A DNA stretch of 63,989 bases, counting the filler, from Catajapyx aquilonaris (taxonomy: Eukaryota): NCBI GenBank assembly GCA_000934665.2. It is 3 parts of 3 records of this genome, joined end to end, with 100 filler letters (N's around TTAATTAATTAA, not from the genome) between each part and the next. Parts side by side here need not be neighbours in the genome. Positions count along the whole stretch, not along the records: positions 21,768 to 43,379 come from JYFJ02006011.1; positions 43,480 to 63,989 come from KZ539501.1; 1 more part is not named here. One strand, written 5' to 3'. A program made the position numbers and the translations under genes. Under the pieces are notes generated by a model. The model was given only the letters and a program-made list of their open reading frames with translations, was not told where the DNA came from and made no database searches. Positions 41,801 through 51,412 of the stretch are shown piece after piece. Numbering within the stretch: the stretch's first letter is position 1; every line of letters starts with the position of its first letter.

Positions 41801-42403
41801 TTGAGGACCCCAACCTCTTCCTCAAACTCAGATGGAAAGACTGATTCAGGTAGCTTTATCCGGACTGACTTGTCCTTCTTCGGTTCTTGACTGGCAGCAA
41901 TGCGAAATATCTTGACTGGCTCCAGGTACCCAGACAGATCTGCCGACTCCTTCAGGTGTTGGAGGTAGTTGTATTCATCCTCAAAGTGAACCCCAAGTCT
42001 TTGCTGCTCTTTTCGCCTGGCTTCTGGATCGTTAATGCCTTTCTTCTTCTGCTCCACCAGCACTTTCTTGGGAGCTCGTTCATCTGTCACCAGGGGGTCA
42101 CGCTCGCTGCGAAACACCACGTTGAAATGAAGGGCCTTCTTCTTGTCGATAAATCGCTTTCCACTTCGAGGCTGCACATGGAAGTAAATGTACAAAATTT
42201 CAGCATGGTAAACTTCAGTCAACCAAGTCTGTTGGGCCCACTCCTTGCCACACAAAAAAACTGAAGAAGTTGCACCTAAACATGAGTAGAGTTGGCAGTG
42301 CAGCGCGACCCGCACCGTGCGTCCACCCTTCTATCCCCCATCCCCAGTGACCCAGGTAAGAAAAGACCAGTGGTTGCGAGAGGGAGGGGCGACTACACAC
42401 CAT
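38851..42403 (-). CDS. LTV1: LTV1 pre-40S ribosome biogenesis factor, ~477 aa
   Basis: Exons 42403-42401 (AAAAC ATG|gt), 42171-41784, 40888-40729, 40350-39829, 39375-39126, 38961-38851. Motifs KRFIDKKKALHFNVVFRSERDPL, GVHFEDEYNYLQHLKE, LPESVFPSEFEEEVG, TRFTNYSLTSSVLPRNQNLRRLDERFE, WDCESILSTRSNLYNRPQLI, RPKDESKEDKSKRK, RRVEKKLNTEAFKAE. Confidence 0.95.
40977..41661 (-). mobile_element. Non-autonomous Tc1/mariner element with ~110-bp imperfect TIRs in LTV1 intron 2
   Basis: TA-CAGGGT...ACCCTG-TA ends; matching arms (TTTTCTTCCCACTCAACCTAGAAAC / GTTTCTAGGTTTAGTGGGAAGAAAA); minus-strand transposase remnant WGILKSWAYNNEP. Confidence 0.8.
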
Positions 42404-42773
42404 GTTTTGAGCAGACGATGAGGCTCGTCAGCCAGGCCCAACCGGAATGGAGGCCGGCAATCGGCTCTGCAATCACCAGTCCACCGGAGAGCAAGTGGCA
42501 GTTGTAGAGGGGCAGCGGGCAGGAGAGAGCAGCCTGGGTGTGGGCGCAAATGGCCCGATCCGACGCACGGCACGTGTCTTCAGAGCAGAACCAGCCCTAC
42601 TGCGACCTTTCCATGGGCGCTGCCATCTTGTATCAGCGGGCCGAAAGTCACCTCGCTGTGTATTTGTAGCTGCTATGACTGCGTCGCTGCTATAACTACT
42701 ATCAAGCGCAGCGATTCGTCGTATCGGCGCGATGAACGAATGCATGTTATGCAATGTAAGCCAACAGTCCTAA

Positions 42774-42862
42774 CGCTCAAAAACATAGAGACGATTTTGC
42801 ATTAGATTCATGTGCAGGCTGCACTTGAGTCAAATGCAAAATCGTCTCTATGTTTTTGAGCG
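42774..42862. repeat. ~89-bp near-perfect hairpin upstream of LTV1
   Basis: CGCTCAAAAACATAGAGACGATTTTGCATT ... AATGCAAAATCGTCTCTATGTTTTTGAGCG, 30-bp perfect arm with further inner pairing. Confidence 0.85.
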
Positions 42863-43379
42863 ATATAGTACGTTGGTACAATGGTACTAACTTAGCGACT
42901 GAAATCTAGATGACTGCATCAGCTTATTGTGCGCGGTTATGCTGTGTAGTGATTGAAAGACTAAATTACATGGGTTTATAATGGAAGATAATATGGAGCG
43001 TACTTTTCCATTGGACATAGGACAATCAGACATGTCTGAACTGCACAAAGACATTCCGATTGAAAATGTTCTCTATGAACTTTTTACTCTATTTTATGTT
43101 AGCCTAACTGCTGGTATTAGCAAATAATACTTTTTATAACGTGCTGAAGTCTCATTTGAAAGAAACTGTTATTCATAAACGGACAGTTCATTTGAGTAGT
43201 TGTCCACGGCATAGTACGGAGCCTCATGGAAAAATTCCGCAGTGTCGCCACCGTCTATGCGAGTTTAACATGGGAAAGCGCTACTGCGGCCATTTCTGTA
43301 ACTAGTAAATATGCGTGGGAAGAGTCTCCAGCCAATCAGGAGGCTCGGCGAGAAGCTACGCTTTGAAAAGCAGCGGCGG

Positions 43380-43479
43380 NNNNNNNNNNNNNNNNNNNNN
43401 NNNNNNNNNNNNNNNNNNNNNNNTTAATTAATTAANNNNNNNNNNNNNNNNNNNNNNNNNNNNNNNNNNNNNNNNNNNN
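43380..43479. other. Scaffold gap with artificial six-frame-stop linker
   Basis: 44 N + TTAATTAATTAA (43424-43435) + 44 N. Confidence 0.97.
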
Positions 43480-43499
43480 AAGTCCCTAAAATTATTTTC

Positions 43500-44193
43500 A
43501 CAGTCGTAAAAAAACGAAAGTTGAGTGCTAATACCAGCCAACGGTTAGTATGATTTAATTGTTATGAAATAGCCTGTACGCTAAAATATACGGAATATAT
43601 ATATATATATACATTGAGAACTGTACCAGACGATACAAAAAACGCAAATGTACATTAAAGTTGGGTGAAAACCCAACGGCGACAGTCCGACTCGGCCTCT
43701 TTTCCTCCTTTGACCCACAACAATATATGTGGTGGCAAACAACAACTGACGTTTCCAGGTGATGGCGTAACGAACAAATGAAGTAATGACAGAAAAATAC
43801 GAGGTAAAAAAATTGCAACTCCAATCCTGCAGGAGGTGGAACTGTGATATTTTGAACATAGATCCGCACCATCCTACTGCATCTTCGGCCCGTTGAAGAA
43901 GGAACCGAATTCAGAATAGTTATTGAGCAAAAAAATTGAGACGTATTTTTTGGTGGTTGTAAATTTTTTGCGGCGTTTTGAAGAGGAATTAAGTAAAAGG
44001 GTAAATGGTAGGAAATCAAGTCACGACGGTGGGGATCTGTGTTCAAAATTTGGAAGCTCTACCTACAGCAGAACTTGAGTTAGGGCGAATAAAAAAAACG
44101 TAACAAGAAGAAGAACAACAAGTAGGAAAAATTCATTGTTGAAACATTGTTGAAATCTATGCTACGGTCTTACTTAAGGGCTATCGCCCTTAA
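43500..44193. mobile_element. Possible Helentron/HINE-like relic
   Basis: (AAG/AAC)n tract at ~44102-44121 followed by terminal stem-loop TTAAGGGC-TATC-GCCCTTAA at 44174-44193. Confidence 0.3.
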
Positions 44194-44817
44194 AATATCT
44201 CTGTTTATCAGCTAAATATATTGTTACATTGGACTTTTCAGACACAAAAAGTGCAGTTCAGATCATTAGTCTTCCGAAAACTTAAAAATCACACGCTGAG
44301 TCGGCATATTCCGACAGAAAAACGGGCCATGTTTATGACTTTATTACATCATGTTTAGATATGGTTGGGGCCGCTCAGGCTCCACCTAAGTAGTTAAGGG
44401 TTAAGTACAAGAAGTACACCTGTACAAGAACATATGCATACAGTAGGGCTTACGCAGTAGTTTATAATTTGTCTCCTACTACGTCACCATAATATATTAT
44501 GTAGTGGCCTTCTTTGTGGACAACCGTGGGCAATAATGAATGAAGTGCTGGCCGCATGGAACTGATCGCGGCCAGGGGGGCGTGTGCTGCTGAATGAGCC
44601 TCAGAATTTATTATTCCCGAACAACTCGTCTCCCTCCTTCCCTCCCTCCCTCCCGCTGCAGGCCACTGATGAGAATCACTCTTTTGAATAGCCCGCTTCT
44701 GTTGGCACCACTGCAGCTGCCGTGTCACGTGGAAGTAGCAGCTGCGTTATTTTCTCTCCAATCGGCTCTTCCGGCAAAAAGACAAAAAAAAAAAAAAAAG
44801 AACGTGGCTTTGGAACT

Positions 44818-45124
44818 GATATCGATTTTGTTTGCGAAAGGGGGTGGTCGATGTTGAACGCATCGATATTTACGTACTCGTCTAGCAAGATGGAAGGCGG
44901 TCAGTGTATCGATGTCGATATTCCGAGCACACTATCGATGTATCGAGGGGAGACCACTCCTCCCTCCGCCATCTTGGATTTTCATTCCCCGATTGGAGAG
45001 AAGAAGCCACGCCGCAGACCTTTCCTTCGCGGTCCTGGTTCAGCGCTGATCAACTTCCCTCTCATCATCTCTCTGCTCTGCGGGAATTGGTCATCTCGAC
45101 CAGGACAGACTCTAGTAGAACATG
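44818..45124 (+). promoter_or_regulatory. Promoter-like block with clustered ATCGAT (DRE-like) and YY1 motifs, followed by a candidate first exon ending ATG|GTAAAG
   Basis: Several TATCGAT/ATCGATA sites at 44818-44946; CCGCCATCTTGG at ~44966 after a pyrimidine run; ATG 45122-45124 directly before a donor. Confidence 0.45.
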
Positions 45125-45963
45125 GTAAAGATGGAGTGGTCGATTTATCACTATAATAGGCTCACACACACGCCGGTGAACACGTGTCGTGCCGCCAAAC
45201 GGGGGGNGGGGGGAATAAGGGCCCACGAGAAAAGGAAAGCTCTGCGCCTTCCCGGCATGGGACTCTTCTGCACGGGAGGAGCCATATGAGCCAAAGGCTG
45301 AAATCGTGTAATAGAGGGCGCATTGACCGAACCATTTACGCTAACAGGTGAATGAAACCTGCCTGCCTTCCGTGGGCCCGCAATGTAGTGGGAACTAGGC
45401 TAAGCTCATCCAGACTGGATTTGCGGTTGAAGCCCGTATTGCGCCTCACGCAGGAAAGGCCAGTACTTTTAGGTCCCAAGCAAGCAAACAACGTGGAGGC
45501 CGTTTTGAACCTTCAGCAAACCACAATCTGGTTGAAATATGGGCACGAGCGCTTGCTGGTGCACAAGAATAAATCTGTGTTGTCAAAAAGTGACGTGCAA
45601 GCCATGCAAATTTGGTGTTCAAAAAGTCACACAAATTTTTAGACGTTTTGGTGGGCCTTGACTCCTGTTTCGTAGTTCAGTTGTTGTTTATTTATTTAGT
45701 GTAAACTCGTACATTATGGAAATTGTTCGTGGCATTGAGCGATTCTACTCTGTACACTGCTGGCAGAGATGGTGTTTTTGCAGAAATATGAGCTAATTAA
45801 AGCTATTTATTAATATTGCTAATTCATCATTGACTGTCCCCCTAAAGGGGCTCCAATAACCGGGTAACTTAAATAATAATAATAATAATAATATTTAAAA
45901 ATCATCGTTGCCGCAGCGGCTTCAGGCGCCATCAGTACTTCACCGTTACTGTCCAGCGCTGTA

Positions 45964-46125
45964 CAGTGTTGGACATTAATCGAGTCATACTTCCAGCGAC
46001 AGTTTCCAAAGCGGCATAAGAACGAATCCAAGATATGGATAGTGCAAGCCGTGCGAGCAAGATTCATTATTTTGCCGCTTTGGAAAATGTCGCTCGCAGA
46101 ATCACTCGATTAATGTCCAACACTG
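45964..46125. mobile_element. MITE, copy 2 (TA TSD)
   Basis: TA|CAGTGTTGGACATTAATCGAGT ... ACTCGATTAATGTCCAACACTG|TA, perfect 22-bp TIR. Confidence 0.88.
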
Positions 46126-46368
46126 TACAGGATTCACTGCGTTTGGATTGCAAGTGGGAGAGTTTTAAATTGCCCTTGCAAGTCATAATTTTAGGGGGAA
46201 AAAACCCTTGGTGCAAATAATATGCCGCACGTGCATAAGAAATGAGATGATGTCATAATTATGTTAGGTAACCCCACCCCAGTACAACTCGGTTTTTTTC
46301 ACACAGGTTTCCTGCTCCGACCCCCGTGACCTTAGATCGGCATATCAGTAGTTAGGTGGGGTGCACAC

Positions 46369-46503
46369 ATCTCTTTAGTTGCAGCGCTTTTGGCCCGTTC
46401 CTTCAGTTACTTTAACCGCAAGCCACAAGGTGACTCGCAGCGAATCTGGTGGCGGAACGCGTAGGACCAAGACTCCCAAATCGCCAATTCAAATCTAATA
46501 GGC
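46369..46503 (+). promoter_or_regulatory. TCT/5'TOP-like start and 5' UTR of RPS20
   Basis: CTCTTT at 46371, about 135 nt before the ATG|GTCCGT junction. Confidence 0.5.
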
Positions 46504-47503
46504 ATGGTCCGTCCCTTCCTTATGTGCACTGGCCCTGTTCGCATCCGCATTCTCAACATCCGTTCAGAATTAATAGTAATAATTTTAGTTGCAGTGAGGG
46601 GTGTCGCTCCATGTACTCATGCAATGAGCGGCTGGGTGGTACTCGGGAGATTCACACTATAAGCGCCTGCGGGCTAGTTTCCAGACCTGTAGATACAAAA
46701 ACACTCCTCGGCCGTGGTAACCCTTTGAGACAGCACGTTGGATGCTAATGCGTTTCCCTTTGAAAAGTCACGTGACATGGTCACTGGACATCAGTTAGGC
46801 AGGGAAAAAATATAACAAAGGGATTCCGTACATACTTGTCCACATTGAAAATAAATTCAAAAAATGGACCTCCTTTTTGGCCATGGATTGCTTAAGAGGT
46901 TATTTAAATGCTTCTTGCATGAAAATTACACTGGTTTTGAATGTCCAGCTTATGCGAAGAAAAAAGGAATAGCTGACAGAAAAATTACACACTGGAAATG
47001 AGTAGGTGCTGAAAGTAATGCATGACTGTCACATAAACGTGACGTTCGTGTTATGTAAATTATTATGTTAATCAAAATTATCTTTATTTCCAGTCGTACA
47101 AGGATTCAGGGAAACCCCATGCTGAGGAGGCTCCGATTCACCGCATCCGAATCACCCTCACCTCCAGGAATGTCCGCAGCCTCGAGAAAGGTAACTTTTG
47201 CAGCGAGTTGAAGGCAATGTCTCTAAGTGGATTCAATATTTTCCAGTGTGCACGGACCTGATTCGTGGGGCCAAGGAGAAGGACCTGCGTGTGAAGGGAC
47301 CCGTCCGCATGCCAACTCGTCGCCTGCACGTCCCGACCCGCAAGACGCCTTGCGGGGAGGGGTCCAAGACATGGGACCACTTCCAGATGCGAATCCACAA
47401 GCGCATAATCGACTTGCATTCCCCCTCCGAGATTGTCAAGCAGATCACCTCCATCAGCATCGAGCCTGGAGTGGAAGTCGAGGTCACCATTGCCGACAAC
47501 TAA
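46504..47503 (+). CDS. RPS20: 40S ribosomal protein S20 (uS10), 118 aa
   Basis: Exons 46504-46506 (ATG only; position inferred), 47094-47190, 47247-47503. [35 protein letters not shown]...KGPVRMPT...[14 protein letters not shown]...[42 protein letters not shown] at 47561. Confidence 0.96.
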
Positions 47504-47942
47504 AAAAAATGGTGTGCACTGCCTTGTATGACATGCAAGCATTGTAAAGGATGATGGCGGAATAAAAGAAACTGGAATTTCTTAAAATTGGTGGTTCCTT
47601 TTCAATGGGTGCATTTCGGATGTGGGGCTGGATTAAAGGTGCTTTTGCATGTGAGCGATGTGATCACCGAGCAGTGCATCACCGAGTAACCTGGGCAACC
47701 AATATTGTTTGGAGGCAAAAATCTAATTTTACTTTCACCTCAAACAATAGCGGTGACTCGGGTTACGCAGCGATGCACCGCGGGATCAAATTGCTCCCAT
47801 GTAAACGCACCTTAATGCATCGAGGTTAAATACAAAAGTGGAATTAGAAGTCTGCATTGATTAAACAACTGGTTTACTATGGTACACAACGATGGAGCTG
47901 ACTGGTGTGTTTTCTTTTGCGAGTTGGCCTCCCCGACTTGAA

Positions 47943-49204
47943 TCACTTGCGTGGTTCCGGGTACATGTCCCGGTCCCTTGGTTCTGATTGGTCGCCCAAG
48001 TTCTGCAAGCTCTGGAAAAGCAACAACAACATTCAGGGGATTCCGCTCGACCACAAGCTAGCCAACCCGCCTTCGCGCCTGAGGATTACTGCAATGAAAA
48101 ACAGAAGAAGCACCTGACAGACCTTCACTTACATCAAACGATTAGGCAGCCGGTGATCAACTAATTGAAATATTAATTCTGCAACTAGTGATGTGACTTT
48201 CCACTCACAAGAGGTCAAACAAGGTTGAGAGAGAGTGCAATCACCTTTTTCTTCTCGTCTTTCTGGGTGGAGGTGACTGGAGGCTTCTCACACGGCTTCC
48301 CCTCTTCCCCCGCCGGTGGCTTCATCCCCACCACAAAGTTGTACGCAATGGTGGCCACGTGTACGGCCTGCGTGTAGACCTCCTCCCCTGCCATTCCCCC
48401 GAACCTCTTGGCCTCCTCCGCCACCTTCTTGGCCTCCTCCGGGTAGAGGACAGCAGCGGCTCCCGAAGCACCCAGGGAGGTGGTGAAGGTCTTCCTGATG
48501 AACCCTCCCCTGATCCCGATCAGGAGACCAAGCAGGCCCCCTCCAGCGATGGCACCGGCTCTGGCAGCCACGTTCTCCTTGTCGGACAGGATCTCAACCA
48601 GCCCTGCAAATGGCTGAAATCGTCACACAAGTCCTGGCGCCAAGAACAGGCCGGCATACCTTTGGTGTGCTCTTGTCCGATGGAAAGAATGTCCTTGCAC
48701 TTTTGCGTGAATTCCTTCCCCTGGCCCAGCGCGCCCTCGCAGGACTTGCGGACACCACCAACCGCAGACTGCATGGACCCAGGGGAATCTACGTAGTAAT
48801 CGTAACTGGATGGAAAGAAGGTGCGAATGAGTACCGCCGTACCGCAGGCTTTTCAGGGGGACGTCCAAACGCACGTTTCCTTTTCATCCGGCTCGTAGAC
48901 TGGTAGGTCAGAAGGGCGGGTCACCTTGGGCGGCGGTGCAGAAGGGGCCGCATCCTTCTTCGGAGCCTCCTTGGCCAGCACTGAAGGGAAGAGGGCCGCC
49001 CAGGGGCCAAGCCGGGGCCTGCCACTCTGAAACACACCAAAATCACTTTTTAGAGCCTGCAGCAGCCCAAAGAATTGCTCATATCATACTGACACTTTGG
49101 GTCCACATCAGGTGCAGCAATACCCGACAATTAGACCCGCATTCTGTGGGTCGTAATTAGAGATAATTGCGATTAATTTGGTCTATTACCTGATCCGGAT
49201 CCAT
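47943..49204 (-). CDS. MICOS subunit MIC26/MIC27 (apolipoprotein O family), ~246 aa
   Basis: Exons 49204-49190, 49026-48875, 48805-48660, 48603-48245, 48011-47943. RPSDLPVY motif, Gly-rich TM RAGAIAGGGLLGLLIGIRGGFIRK, AAAVLYP, C-terminal GDQSEPRDRDMY. Confidence 0.85.
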
Positions 49205-49279
49205 GTTCGAACGCAGGCAGCGCCACCAGGATCGAAGCGGACAAATCGGGAAGCTCAGGCGGCCATCTTGTTTTCCAAG
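49205..49279. promoter_or_regulatory. 75-bp bidirectional promoter between the MICOS gene and ADHFE1
   Basis: Inverted pair AGGCGGCCATCTTG / CAAGATGGCGGCCT (YY1 consensus); the second copy contains the ADHFE1 ATG. Confidence 0.75.
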
Positions 49280-51184
49280 ATGGCGGCCTCCAGAGAGCGG
49301 GTGGTCCAACTGCTGAAGGCCATCAGAACAGCATCGTTAGTAATTAATTACGGCCTCAAAGTCGTTTGCACAGTCGATTAATGAGTGCGGGTTGAACCAG
49401 GGGACATCCATCGGCAATCCCCCCTCTCATGTTGCATGCAGCATAGAATGGCCATTCATACACAATAATTAATTGGAGAGATAATTATGTAACAGAGGGA
49501 TGCAAAATGGCTGGTTGTCAGATTAATTTTATTGAAATGTATACATTTAGCAGGGTACTAATTGGCGCAATGACATGCATCGTAATGGTCGTTCGTTGCT
49601 GATGATTCCAGCTGCCGTTGTCCAGCACATTCGCACGCTGGAGGGAATCCACGCTTCCTCACGAGCGCCCAGTCCGGACAGCAGAAGAATGAATATGCAT
49701 TTGAAGTGAGTACAAATTGCGCAAATTATGCGTAACAACTGACCAATTATTTCCTGAGCAGATGTCGTGTTCGACGGTACGTTTTGGCCCCGGGGTGACC
49801 TCCGAGGTTGGGATGGACCTGTCCAACATGGGTGCCAAGCATGTGTGCGTAATGACTGACCCCAACATATCTGCTCTGCCTGCGCTCAACAAGGTGCTGG
49901 ATTCTCTCAAGACGAACGGCGTCCAGTACACCGTGTATGATCAGGTCAGGGTGGAGCCGTCCGACAAGAGCGTTCAGGCGGCCACGCAGTTCCTCGTGCA
50001 AGGGCGGAAGTACGATGCATTAGTAGCCCTGGGAGGCGGCTCTGTAATGGACACGTGCAAGGCTGCTAACCTGTACTCGGCACACCCTGAGGCGGAGTTT
50101 GCGGACTTCCTGAACCCTCCAGTGGGTCGTGGTCTCCCAGCCACAAAACCGCTACTGCCCACCATTGCCATCCCAACCACTTCAGGTGAAACTTAACTAT
50201 ATCGCCATATCGCTTTACACTAAGAGTGTAAATGCGTCTTGTCGCAACAGGTACTGGCAGTGAGACGACAGGTATGGCCATACTGGACCTGGAAGAACTG
50301 GGCGCCAAGACCGGGATTGCTTCCAAGGCCATCCGACCAACCTTGGCCTTGGTTGATCCAGAGCTGGTGGAAACCCTTCCACGCAATGTTGCTGCATATT
50401 CAGGCTTCGACGTGCTCTGCCATGCACTTGAATCGTACACGGCGCTGCCATATTACGAACGTCCCAGACCCAACAACCCACTGCAGCGTCCTACGTACCA
50501 GGGCAGCAACCCGATATCCGATATATGGGCAAAGCATGCCCTGGCAATAATGGGGCGGTACTTTGTGCAAGCAGTGCACGACCCTGATGGGAACCCCGAG
50601 GCAAGGACGCAGATGCATCTGGCCAGCACTCTCGCTGGAATCGGTTTCGGCAACGCTGGGGTCCACCTCTGCCATGGGATGTCGTACCCAGTCGCAAGCA
50701 AAGTCAGGAGCTTCGTTCCGGATGGCTACAAGTGGGTATTGGTAGCCATAGTTCATGCCAACACCTGATGGTTTGTGAACGTTTCAGGGTGGGCCATCCT
50801 ATAATACCGCATGGCCTGTCCGTGGTCATGACCTCCCCTGCAGTGTTCCGCTTCACATCCAGGAGCTGTCCGGAGAGACACTTGGAGGCAGCGGACATCC
50901 TCAACAATGGTGGCAAGTCCCCACCCTCGCCAACCCCAACAATGGGCAGCGGCCGACCCGTCAGGCGGGAAGATGCTGGCTTCCTTCTGGCCGACACCTT
51001 GCTGGGATTCATGTCCAAGATGGACGTCCCGGACGGACTGAAGGGACTCGGGTTCTACGAGACTGACATTCCCGACCTTGTCAAAGGAACACTGCCGCAG
51101 GAAAGAGTCACTAGGCTGTCGCCCAGGACAGCCATGCAGGACGACCTGTTTGAACTGTTCGAGGACTCCATGACTGTCTATTAA
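49280..51184 (+). CDS. ADHFE1: Mitochondrial hydroxyacid-oxoacid transhydrogenase (iron-containing ADH family), ~483 aa
   Basis: Exons 49280-49335, 49612-49705, 49762-50185, 50251-50731, 50788-51184. MAASRERVVQLL, CRCPAHSH, EYAFEMSCSTVRFGPGVT, GGGSVMDTCKAANL, PTTSGTGSETTG, GFDVLCHALES, GNAGVHLCHGMSYP, PHGLSV, GTLPQERVT. Confidence 0.96.
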
Positions 51185-51412
51185 TTTCGCTGAGGTATCG
51201 CACCGCAACAATCCTTGCTGATGGTGCCAATAAGCAAGAACCAATAATAATTGTTCTTCCAAATGTGTTGACTACTCTTCATGCAATTTAGGGACCAAAC
51301 GTCTTTCTTGTAGAAAGTTGTTAGAAACCATTGAGGTCATAGGTACTGAATAAAAATCCTGTTGGTGCTCAACCTTTGGCAGTGTTTATTGTTAGCCCAA
51401 CCAGGACCGGTT

